Source of the DNA: Octopus sinensis
Lineage: Eukaryota
NCBI RefSeq assembly: GCF_006345805.1
Contig: NW_021831859.1
Location: 1-64,000 of the forward strand
Reading direction: 5' to 3'
Length of the DNA: 64,000 bases
The position numbers were made by a program, and so were the translations under genes. The notes under the pieces are model-generated. The model ran no database searches and had not been told where the DNA came from. It worked only from the letters and a program-made list of their open reading frames with translations. Shown here piece after piece: positions 13,231 to 26,330 of this stretch (positions are counted from its first letter, which is position 1; the number at the start of each line of letters is the position of its first letter).

Positions 13231-16200
13231 GTAAGTTCAAATCTATTCAAACATTCCCCCGCTTTCTCGTTAACCTTATATTATCACAAAGGGTAAAGTT
13301 CTCGAATCCCGAAGTAACTAACGACCTCTGCTACAAAACTGAACGGACCCCAGAGAAACGACAGGCGGGTCACCGTCAATGTTTACAAAACTGTTGAAAT
13401 ATGGTCTTTCATTGTTTATACGAAAAATATTCTGTAGAACGGGGATTAAGTCAGTTGGGTGTCCTCGCTTTTACATCCTAAATCCAAATTGATCTTTTAA
13501 TACGGTCTTTTATGTGTATATGAAAGTATGTATATATCACATCGTGCGTGTGTATATATATATATATATATATATACATACACACACATATATATATATA
13601 TATATATATCAGCCGAAATTGCGAGGATGATCCGGTTCTTGACAGAAGATTAAAGGCTTTGAATGACCCGTCCGTGTTTTTTGTATCGTCTCTCTGGATG
13701 TTTTGTTGTCCTCTTTTGTATCACCTAGGTGTCCGGATGTTTTGTGTTCTTGTCCCATTTCATATATATGTGTGTGTGTATATATATATATATAAACAGT
13801 GGTGTCTTAAAACATGGGTATACTGGGCAGTTACCCGGTGGGTGGTTGCTCATGCGTCTAGGGGCCCACTTATGATCCATGTATGCCGTAGTTTGCTGTT
13901 AATAAATACTATAGGGGCCGTGTGCATCGATTTGCCGAATGCCTTGTATTGCTACGAAAACAGTCTTGTCTATAGATATCAATAACGATGAATGAATGAA
14001 CTTATTGTCTACAGTGCTCGGGTGGACGACAACCCATCAGAAAGGGTCTCTAAAAGTGTATGGACAGGGCATAGGTTAAGGGCCAGGAAGGGAACAGTGA
14101 AGGAGTAGTTTAAAGAAAAAAGTTGGTGGTACATCAGGTGTGCTATCGGCGAATTTTGGGAAGCTGGAAGTTTTGAAGGATGTAGTGTCCCGACAGGTAA
14201 CAACTGATGCAGATAGTTTATTCCATACTAGCAGTATCGCCCGGCGTTGCTCGGGTTTGTTTCGACCCTTTAGAATTGGAATTTTTAAAAAGTAAAAATC
14301 TTGCATTATGTAGCTTGTTATTCTCTTTAAGTGAACATTTTTCTGGTTGAAATACACCGAAAAATGGCGACACAGCAGTCAAAAAATCATTAAAAAATAG
14401 GGATTTTAATAGGAAAAAAAAGCACCTTTTTGATGTAAATAATTTTTGGTATTAACATGTTCCGATTTGAATCATACTCTCAATTTTGGTCAACTTGCGC
14501 TGCAGGGTCTCGGAGGAGATAGTGTTAGTTGAAGGCTACCAAACCTGCCACACACAGACAACTTCAGCTTTATGTAAAGAGAGATTTCAGCAATTCTGAG
14601 TACGAGAAAAATATTTCTGAAAGTCGTGGATGCTGTATTGTTTCTTTGGGATTTGTAAGTATGTCCACTGGTGTTAAACGTATAGAATTCAAAAAGGTGC
14701 CCAAGGTTGTTGTTGGAAAGATGGTGGGTAATATTGTGAGTGTCCACCAAGTCAGTTGTCAGACATAGAAGTTATATTAAAAACCTAATTTCAATTTAGG
14801 ATCCGTTAAAGCAAGGATACCCGGTCAGTTTCATTTGTCTTAATCAAAAATTGTCTTATTGTCTTGTAAAGTGTGGAATCTAGCGAATGTCTACAAAAAT
14901 TCTAAGCTGTACCGTTTTATGTCTGTAAAATATACTGCAATTAACAGTAATTAACTCATTTTAATTAATCTTAGTTGTCATTTAATATAAAATGTTGATT
15001 TAATTGTAAATTGAGCGAATGTAGCATCTTTGTATGTGATCCATTCCGTAGTATTAGGCCAGTTCTGTCTTTTATCCCAAAAGGATAAAAGACAGAACTG
15101 ACCTCAGCAGGATTTGAACTCATGGGACAAATGCTGCGAGGCATTCTCTAACGAATCTGCCATCTCGCTCTTTTGTACTGAATTATGTCCCTTTAACTAC
15201 GAGATTAACTTGCAGGTAGTCACTCAACCTGCTAAAAATAGCAGCCAAATTTCGCACAAATCACAGTTCAACGTTTAATAAAAGGGTGATGTATTGGATC
15301 ATATAAACTGAAATAAATTATATGAAATAAAAATGCGGAATGGTCATGGTTGGATTATTATTTTTGATCATAGACCTGTTTACTTAAAAATTACTTGAAA
15401 CTAAACCAGTGAAAATACTGCTCAAAGACCTTATCAGAGTTGTTTGTTGACTGCTGTTATGTTTTAGACTAAACCTAACATCTCTTGTCTGTTCTTCGCC
15501 TCTTCCAGGGTACTGTTGCCAGCCGAACAAGTCAACATAAGCCTCTCCTTTCACAAGCCTATGCGACATCTGCTGCAAAAGAAAGAGTGAGTATAGTTCT
15601 TTGAATCTTTAATTCCTTCTTCATATCTGCAGTTCCCTCTTTTGTGGTTGAGGTGGGGAGATCCAGAAAGGAGCAAAAAGGAAATTTAATTTTAATCACT
15701 GAAGTTTTCCAGAAAGGAAAACTTGGAGCTTACTTTCATATTCATTGTTGGAGATATTGAAACTTACCAGTGCCAGCGTGGCTGTGTGGTTAAGAAGATT
15801 GCTGCTGAACCTTTCGGTTTTCAGGTTCAGTTCCACTGTACAGCACCTTAGGCAAAGGTCTTCTACTATAGCCCCAAGCTGACCAAAGCCTTCTCAGTGG
15901 ATTTGGTTGACAAAAACTGAAAGAAGTTCATTGTGTATAGATGATCATTTAATGACCATTTTCCACACTGGCAGGTTGGAGCGCAACACTAGGCTCCAAT
16001 TGTCTTTTATGGTTTCTACAGCTGGATGCACTTCTTAACACGATATGTGTGTGCACACACATGCACCAATGTTTGTAAACAAGCAACACCAACACCATAG
16101 TAAAAAGCAGTGTCGTTCATTTGCAGAATTCTGTGAAACATGACTAATTCTGTTGCCAAATGTGTTGTGAGCTATATTATGTGGCACGTAAAAAGCACTA

Positions 16201-16815
16201 TCCGAATCGTGGCCGATGCCAGGGCCGCCTCGACTGGCTTCCGTGCAGGTGGCACGTAAAATGCACCAATCCGACCGTGGCCGATGTCAGCCTCGCCTGG
16301 CACCAGTGCAGGTGGCACGTAAAAAGCACCCACTACACTCACGGAGTGGTTGGCATTAGGAAGGGCATCCAGCTGTAGAAACATTGCCAGATAAGACCGG
16401 AGCCTGGTGCAGCCTTCTGGCTTCCCAGACCCCAGTTGAACCGTCCAACCCATGCTAGCATGGAGAACGGACGTTAAACAATGATGTTGATGATATATAT
16501 ATACATACACACACGAAGGGCATCCAGCTGTAGAAACACTGCCAGACCAGACTGGTTCCTGGTGCAGCCTCCTGGCTTCACAGACCCCAGTCGAACCATC
16601 CAACCCATGCTAGCATGGAAAAAGGACGTTAAACGACGACGATGTGCACGCATACACACACACACTTATCTGCGTTTCTATGTTCGTTTCCAGTCCCAGT
16701 ATGGTGGCAGGTACACTGTGACATTGTTCAGTGGAGATGGCATCGGACCGGAATTGTTGGATCATGTCAAAACTGTCTTCAGGTTAGTTTGGTTTATTCA
16801 TTATTTCCCCATTCT

Positions 16816-16881
<66 letters not shown>

Positions 16882-17517
16882 ATCTATCTCTCTCCCTCTT
16901 TCTCTCTCTCTCTCTCTCTCTTTCCTTGTTTTGTATATAAAGACATTGAATTGAACATATACATGTGTATATCTGTGTTTACATGTATGACTATGTATAT
17001 ATATATATATATATATATAGCTGCATGTGTGTGTATCTGTATGCATGTTTATATGTGTACATATACATTTATGTGTAATTGTGTGTCATCATATATATAT
17101 TTATATATATATACGTGTGTGTGTGGAGGCGCAATGGCCTAGTGGTTAGGGCAGTGGACTCGCGGTTGTAGGATCGCGGTTTCAATTCCCAGACCAGGCG
17201 TTGTGAGTGTTTATTGAGCGGAAACACCTAAGAGCTCCACGATGCTCTGGCAGGGGGTGGTGATCCCTGCTGTACTCTTTCACCACTCTTTCTTCTGTTG
17301 GTGGCGTCATTCGAAGGCTAAACTAATGCGAACGCATTGTGACCAGCGATGTGTAACTACATCTGATGTACTGGTCGGTCACGTGATATATATATATATA
17401 CACACACATGCACACAGGATGTCTTCAAAACATTTTGTGTGTGTGTATATATATATGTATATATATATATATATATAATCATCATCGTTTAACGTTCGTT
17501 TTCCATGCTAGCACAGC

Positions 17518-17550
<33 letters not shown>

Positions 17551-19418
17551 TTGTGTATGCACAGTTACTTTCCAAATAATTTGTGTGTGTTCCTTGATTC
17601 CTTAAATATGCGTCCAACTTACCATTTCCCTAGGTTTGCTGGAGCACCAATTGACTTTGAAGAAATCACCATTAATGCCCGGACTTCTGAGCAGACAGAC
17701 ATGGAAAATGCTCTTCTCTCAGTGAAAAGAAATGGCGTTGCAATCAAAGGTGAGTAGGAACTTTGAGTTTACTCCAAAGTGATGTGGGCCCCTTGCCTAG
17801 GTACCTTCATCTCCACTCTTCCATTGTGTGCGTTTGTCCGTTCCTGGAAAACCAAATTAAGGGAGCCAGCTGGCAGAATCGTTAGCACACAGGACAAAAT
17901 GCTTAGCACCAGTTCCTCTGTCTTAACATTCTGAGTTCAAATGCCACCAAGGCCAACTTTTGCTTTCATCATACTACTACTACTACAAGTATTACTGTTA
18001 CAACCACCACCATCCTCACCACCACCACCACTACCCATAGACCTCCATATTTATTTCATTTGGCTCTTTTCTGTCTTCTATTTTCAGGAAATATTGAAAC
18101 AGCAATGGCAGACCCCAGTAAAAGGTCCATCAATGTCTCCCTCAGGTCAGTCAACAGTTCTCTATTTCTTCTTGACCCTCATTGGGTCTTGGGAGCTCTG
18201 CCCTTATAGCTGAGGTTGGGATGGCATGGTGGGCCCCACAGACAGCCACCATTCTTTTGCTACCCCCTACAGTCTCTTGCCGTTGTCATACCCTCTACCA
18301 AGGTGTCCCCCTATTCATTCATTGACTTTGTTGCTTCATCTTTCTCTTTTGTCCCCTTCAAGCCTGTTTTCCATTCTCTCCTACCACTCAATGATGCAAG
18401 TGCAATGCTTCTGGGCCCTGGGATTGTGGCCAGAATATTCCAGTTTTTGCCTTCGCTCAATCATTCAACCAGATTCCATTCCAGATTTGTCTCTTCCTAC
18501 TGAATTACTCATTCCGTGGGCTACCTGGCTGATCCACAGCACTCACTTGTATCATGACAGTGCAAACACCCTCAATTGCTTGGTCTCAGCCACCCTTAGT
18601 GTCCATGCTTTGCACCCATACAACACTGCTGGACTTTTAGACCCAGATGCCGGTGGCATGTAAAAAACACCATCCGAGCGTGACCGTTCGCCAGCCTCGT
18701 CTGGCACCTGTGTCGGTGGCACATAAAAAGCACCCACTACACTCACAGAGTGGTTGGCGTTAGGAAGGGTATCCAGCTGTAGAAACACTGCCAGATCAGA
18801 CTGGGCCTGGTACAGCCTTCTGATTTCCCAGACCCCGGTTGAACCGTCCAACCCATGCTAGCATGGAAAACGGACGTTAAACGATGATGATGATGATGCC
18901 ATTTACATGACACTGGTATCTGCCACAGCTGTGATTTTGATCTTTGTTGAGGAGAAATACTTATCCAAAAGTAAACCACTGTATTTGGCTTTCACTGACA
19001 GGAAGAAAGTCTTTGATATGGTCCCTTACTCTCTGGTCTGGCTGTTGCTACAAATTAGACAAATTGCTGGTGAGGGCCGTCCAAGCCATGTACTGTAGTG
19101 CTGTCAGTAAGGCAAGATTTAGCAATGGGTGCAGCAGTGAATTTAGTCTGCAAGTAGGAGTTCACCAGGGCTCCGTTCTCCCTTCTCTTCACTTTTTAGT
19201 ACAGTGATTATATTAGACCACATTTAATTATATCATTCACTATTGATCATTCATCAATTTATGGATAACAGGGAATGCAGTGCGGTACACCTGTGTTATT
19301 TGTCCACTAGTATAAGGTGTAGTCTGGACAGGGGTATATTCTGGCCTGGTTGTCTTGAGGAGGTATAGTTTGGGCTATTCCAGACTAGCCCCGGGTATAG
19401 TCTAGACAGGAGTATATG

Positions 19419-19455
<37 letters not shown>

Positions 19456-22400
19456 AATCTCTCTCTCAATCTCTCTCTCATTGTTGTCACAAAATTCTTT
19501 CTTTTGTGATTCAGGACAGAACTTGATCTTTGGGCCAGCATTGTCCAGTGTAAAACGATTCCTGGGATTTCTGTGAGACACCAAGGCATTGATGTTGTGA
19601 TCATTCGGGAAAATACAGAAGGAGAATATTCCAACCTGGAACATGAGGTAAGCTTTCGTTTGACAACAGATTAACCTTACTATTGTTGTTGTTGTTGTTG
19701 CCGTCATTCAACCACCAGGTCGGCCCTGGGTCAGCATATCAAGAACCAAACATGCTCCAGCTGTAACACTCTTTTTTCCCCCAGATACAAGCACAACAAT
19801 AACTTTATTTACAATATTTGACATTTGTCCTCATCTTGTTTGTTGTTAACACAACGTTTCGGCTGATATACCCTCCAGCCTTCATCAGGTGTCTTGGGGA
19901 AATTTCAAACCTGGGTTCTCATTCCTAAGCTATTTTTCAATGTTATTATTATAATTATTCAGGTCACTGCCTGGAATCGAACTCGGAATCTTGGGGTTAG
20001 TAGCCCGTGCTCTTAACCACTACGCCATAATAACATCAAAAAAATACTTTAGTAATGAGAACCCAGGTTCGAAATTATCCCAAGACACCTGATGAAGGCT
20101 GCGGGGTATATGATATGCTTCTTTCAGTTTCCGTCTACCAAATCCACTCACAAGGCTTTGGTCAGCCCAAGGTGCCACGCAGTGGGACTGAACCCAGAAC
20201 CATGTGGTTGGTAAGCAAACTACTTACCACACAGCCACTAAACTGTACACATGCAGACACAAACCTTTGGTTGTGTTGTTAAGGAGTTTGCTTTGCAACC
20301 TCATGGTTTTGAGTTCAATCCTGTGAGTTACTTGGTGACTTTAGTAGTGCCAGTGTCACAAGAAAAGCCCCCAGCACACTCTGTAAAGTGGTTGACGTTA
20401 GGAAGGACATCCAGTTATGGAAACCCTGCCAAAGCAGACACTGGAGCTTGCTGCAGTCCCCTTCCTTGTTGGACCTTCTCAAGTCATCCAGCACATACCA
20501 GCAACCATTAAATGATGATGATTTATATCAGTGGTTCCCCCAAAGTGGTTGCTACTGTCCCCTTGGTGACAGTGGAAAATAAGTAGTGATGATGGTCTGT
20601 TTTCTTTTTATATATATACTCTTTTACTCTTTTACTTGTTTCAGTCATTTGACTGCGGCCATGCTGGAGCACCGCCTTTTAATCGAGCAACTCGACCCCG
20701 GGACTTATTCTTTGGAAGCCCAGTACTTATTCTATCGGTCTCTTTTTGCCAAACCGCTAAGTGACGGGGACGTAAACACACCAGCATCGCTTGTCAAGCA
20801 ATGCTAGGGGGACAAACACAGACACACAAACACACACATACATATATACATACACACACATATATATATATGACAGGCTTCTTTCAGTTTCCGTCTACCA
20901 AATCCACTCACAAGGCATTGGTCAGCCCTGGGCTATAGCCAAAGACACTTGCACAAGATGCCACGCAGTGGGACTGAACCCAGAACCATGTGGTTGGTAA
21001 GCAAGCTACTTACCACACAGCCACTCATATTGTTGTTTATTATTTATTTTTTGTGTGTTTCATATTTTTGTAGAATGTGAATGGAGTTGTTGAAAGTTTG
21101 AAGATCATCACCAGGAAACGATGCATGAATATTGCAAAATACGCATTCGATTATGCAGTGAAGCATGGACGCAAGAAGGTCACGGCTATTCACAAGGCAA
21201 ACATAATGTAAGGAGTGTTCGTACGTGTGGGTGTGTGTGAGTGTGAGTGTGTCTGAGTGTGTGTGAGTGTGTCTGAATGTGTGTGAGTGTGTGTGTGTGT
21301 GTCTGAATGTGTGTGTGTGTGTGAGTGAGTGTGTGTGTATCTGAATGTGTGTGTGTGTGTGTATGTGTGAGTGAGTGTGTGTGTGTGTGTGAGTATGTCT
21401 GAATGTGTGTGTCTGAGTGTGTATGTGTGTGTGTGTGTTGCTCCTTGTTGTTGTTTTTGTATCTTTGTTTGCTTGTTTCAATCATTGGACTGCGGCCATG
21501 CTGGGGCACTGCCCTAAAGGGATTTAGTCAAACAAGTCGACCGCAGCACTTAGTTGTTTGCTTAATAAATTCTGGTGCTTATTCTATCAGTCCATTTTGC
21601 CAAACCACTAACTTAGGAGGACAAACATACACACACACATATATATTTCATCATCATCATCATTTAACATTCATTTTTCCTTGTATAAGCCAGACAGAAC
21701 ACACACACACACACACACATATACATATATATATACACATATTTATAGGCACAGGAGTGGGTGTGTGGTAGTAGCTTGCTTACCAACCACATGGTTCTGT
21801 GTTCAGTATTCTACTAAAGCCTCAGGCTGACCAAAGCCTTGTGAGTGGATTTGGTAGACGGAAACTGAAAGAAGCCCATCATATGTGTATATATATATAT
21901 ATATATGAAAATTCAACATTCTAGCAAAAACTGTCCGACGAACGGGAACGTGAAACTCAGAGTAACAGGTTTTGTTGAATTTTCTGCTGCTTTAAATAAA
22001 GCATATTACTCTACCTCTGGTATTTGAGTACTCTTTTTTTCCACCTTGTTTCACATTATGTGTTTACTCCGGTATATATATGTATATATATATACACATA
22101 TATATATGTTTGTGTTATATATATATATATATATTATATATATATATAATATATATATATATATATGTTTGTGCTTTTTATGTGCCACCAGCACGAGAGC
22201 CAGTCAGGGGGTACTGGCATCATCCACGTTAGAATGTTGCTTTTTACGTGTGACAGTGTGACCCTAAATTTGCTAGGGAGTTGAGTGGAATGTGGCAGGA
22301 GGGAAGTGACAGTAGTGGGTAGATAAAGAGCCCTGATTATAATAATTTGCTTTTTATTTCTTTGTAGGAAACTTGGTGATGGACTGTTTCTAGAATGTTG

Positions 22401-25400
22401 CAAAAATGTTGCAGAAGAATATCCACAAATCGAATTCAATAATATGATTGTTGATAATGCTTGCATGCAGGTAAGGATTCCTGTCTCCATCTTTCCCTCT
22501 TCCTCCTTTTCTTTCTTCTGCTTCAGTGATAGGCTCAGTCTATCACCCTGTGTAACACCACCATGTGGCACCTTCGGTTACTTTAGCTCTTGCAGACATT
22601 GGTACAGAGGTCTCCAGATTAAGGATACTCTTTCCTTCCTTCCTCTGTCTTGGGGTCACAAGCACTGCCATTCCTTTCTGACATTATCTTCATCATTTAA
22701 GGTGGCAAGCTAGCAGAAATGTTACCACGCCGGGCGAAATGCTTGGCGGTATTTCGTCTGTCTTTATGTTCTGAGTTCAAATTCTGCCGAGGTCGACTTT
22801 GCCTTTCATCCTTTTGGGATCAATAAATTAAGTACCAGTTGCGTACTGGAGTCGATCTTATTGACTGCAACCCTCCCCGAAAATTTCAGGCCTTGTGCCT
22901 AGAGTAGAAAAGAATATAAAGCAGCAAGCTGGCAGAAACATTACCATGCTGAGCGAAATTCTGAGTTCAAATTCCACCAAGGTTGACTTTGCCTTTCATC
23001 CTTTCGGGGTCGATTAAATGAGTACCAGTTATGCACTGGGGTCGATGTAATCGACTTAATCTGTTTGTTTGTCCTTGTTTGTCCTCTCTGTGTGTAGTAA
23101 AGAAATAAGAAACTTTAGCACCCCAGGCGAAATGCTTGGCAGTATTTCATCTGTCTTTACGTTCTGAGTTCAAATTCCGCCGAGGTCAACTTTGCCTTTC
23201 ATCCTTTCGGGGTCAATAAGCTAAGTACCAGTTGCATACTGGAGTCGATGTAATCGACTGGCCCCTTCCTCCAAAATTTCAGGCTTTGTGCCTAGAGTAG
23301 AAAAAATTATCTTTGTCATCATTTCTCATGCAATTGCCATGATGGCATGGGTCGGATCTGGCAAGCCATGGGCTACATCAAGTTCCAGCGTCTGCTGGAT
23401 ACCCTTCTTAATGCCAACCACCTTATAGTGTACCCGGGTTCTTTTTCATGACACCAGCACCTGTGAAGTCAACAAGTACAGACACCCTTCAGCTGAATGG
23501 TTTTGGAAGGGGTAGTAGAGAGGCAGGTGATTTTATGCCAGGTATCGAGACACTAAAGTATAATAAAGGGACACGCACAGGTTTCTTACTATGAAGGAGA
23601 TACATTGCTACCCCACATCATATAAGGGTGGGTGGAAAGATGACGGTGATGTGGCATGAGAGTGTACTCTCAAAATACAAGATGAGTATAAGAGAGAATA
23701 GGGAGAAAGGATTGGCAAGGGGAGGTGGGTGGATAAGTCTATTAGGGTAAGAGGAAAGGGACAGATGTTTAGAGATGGGGGTGGAGGTGAGTGCCGGGAA
23801 TGATGAAAAAAGCTGGAGATGTGGTGAATGGGGAAGATTAATGAGGTGAAAGAGGGATTAAAAGATACAGGAATGGCTCCGGGGGGGGGGGGGGGTAAGT
23901 GGCCATACTGGAAGGGTGGTGTGCAGTGGTTGTATGATAAAGTTGGGGATAGATAAAAAAATAGCTGGAGGAAAGAGTGAAAGAGAGAGATGTACAGTGC
24001 TGGAGATGAATGTCAGAGGTATGTAGGGGTGGCTGTAATCTAATCTATTTTCAGTGCTCCAGCCTGACCACAACTGAAAATGGGGTTGCACTGAAATCCA
24101 TAAAAGACTGATCTATTCTGTTCTATTTCCAGATGGTCTCCCATCCTCAACAATTTGATGTTTTAGTGTTGCCAAATCTTTATGGCAATATTCTAAGCAA
24201 CGTTGCCACTGGAATGGTCGGAGGTGCTGGTGTTGTACCTGGCCGGAATATAGGAGATTCTTATGCCATTTTTGAAACTGTGAGTCAAAATTCAAACCAA
24301 ATCAAATTTCTATAAACAATTTAAATTTTAATTAACTTTTCCTTTCTCTTGTTTATTTTAAATTTTTTATTTGTTATTTAATGTTTTTTTTTAATAGTTA
24401 TTTGTTGTTTATCATCAACTGACCATAAATGTCAGGAGGTACAAGAGGTGAAAATATTTATTTGACCTCATGACATTCTTAGGGTTACAGCCGTTTCGTA
24501 ACCTTCTTCCTCATGTAATTTAATTTTAGTGCAGAAGAAATCATGTGTGCATATTCGCACTAATAGGCATGCTTGGCTTTATACACTACAACTGTAATTT
24601 CAGAAATCAATGCAAATGAAGAAGGCTGGCTCATCAGATCACAAAACATCATTGTTAAATTGTTACATCAACAATTTGTCTGTTGATGAATCCACCTTTT
24701 AACAGTATGGTAGTCCAATGGTACAGTAACACGCAGCTGATACCAGATGAGAACTAAGTACAAATCGAAATAACCAGCATCCCCAACAAATATTAGGATG
24801 AGATGCGTTGAAATGGTTTCATCAGCCAGATAACTTTGATGTGAAGAAAGCAATGTTTCAAACCATTTTCTGTCCTTGATCAGAAAATATTTTCTGAATA
24901 ACCTCAAACTTCAGTTACTATTCAACAGGAACAACGTAAAGGTTAGCTAAAGCTGTTTGCAAAACATGTCAGTACCATTAAGTACCACAATGCGTGCAAA
25001 TAGACCAAGAGCGAAAGGAGATGCATGGAATTTCCAGAATACAGAGTTATTTCCCCTTGAAAGCAAATATTTAGAAAAACGTGTTTTGCTTCCCCTAGTA
25101 AAAACATACTGAAACTAAATATGGGGTTATAGAAATCACCTGTTGAAAAGATGCCTACCCCAACATAATAGTGCTGGTGACAAGTAAGCGAACCATCCGA
25201 TCATGGCCGTTACCAGCCACGCCCCGACTGGCCTCCGTGCCGGTGGCACGTAAAAAGCACCATCCGTCCGTGGCCGTCTGCCAGCTCCGTCTGGCACCTG
25301 TGTGGGTGGCACGTAAAAAGCACTCACGGAGTGGTTGGAATTAGGAAGGGCGTCCAGCTGTAGAAACACTGCCAGATCTGACTGGGCCTGATGAAGCCTT

Positions 25401-26250
25401 CCAGCTTCACAGACCCCAGTTGAACCGTCCAACCCATGCTAGCATGGAAAGCGGATGTTAAACGATGATGATGATATAAGTTGTGGAGTTAAGAGACTTG
25501 CATTGTAACCACATGGTATCAAGTTCAGTCCCTGTACGTGTCCCCTTGTGCAAGTATCTTCTACTATAGTGATTGTTGCCAGGGCCAGCCTTACTGACCC
25601 CTGTGCCAGTGGCATGTAAAAAGCACCGTCTGAACGCGATCAATGCCAGTCCCACCTGACTGGCCCCCGTGCCGGCAGCACGTAAAAAGCACCCACTACA
25701 CACTCTGAGTGGTTGGCGTTAGGAAGGGCATCCAGCTGTAGAAACCTTGCCAGATCAGACTGGAGCCTGGTGCAGCCTTCTGGTTTACCAGTCCTCAGTC
25801 AAACTGTCCAACCCATGCCGGCATGGAAAACAAACGTTAAACGTTGATGATGATGTATGTATACATGTGTGTATATATGCATTCCCTCACACACAGGTAT
25901 GTATTTAACCTTTTGATTTCTGTGTTATAACAGGGTACACGAAACTCGGGTCGCTCCATCCAAGGAAAGAACATTGCCAACCCAACGGGTATGTTATTAG
26001 CCAGCTGTGACATGCTAGATTACCTCGGGTATGTACCTGTGTTTCTGTCATTTACTTACACTACTACCTGTCTCCTCCTACTCCTCCTCTCTGTTTCCAT
26101 CTTAATCTACAATTTTCTGTCTATACATACTCACACACACATATACATGCACACACATATACACACACATAAATATAGTTATAGATAGATAGAGGTATTA
26201 TATGTGTATATCTGTAGATATGTATGTGTGAGTTTGTGTGTGTGTGTGTA

Positions 26251-26330
<80 letters not shown>

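Noticed and set aside
15384-15578. 64-aa minus-strand ORF
   Set aside because: Antisense shadow of IDH3G exon 2.
19969-20027. tRNA gene (also the heads at 17124, 28033 and 31156)
   Set aside because: A/B boxes are present but there is no acceptor stem or terminator; these are SINE heads.
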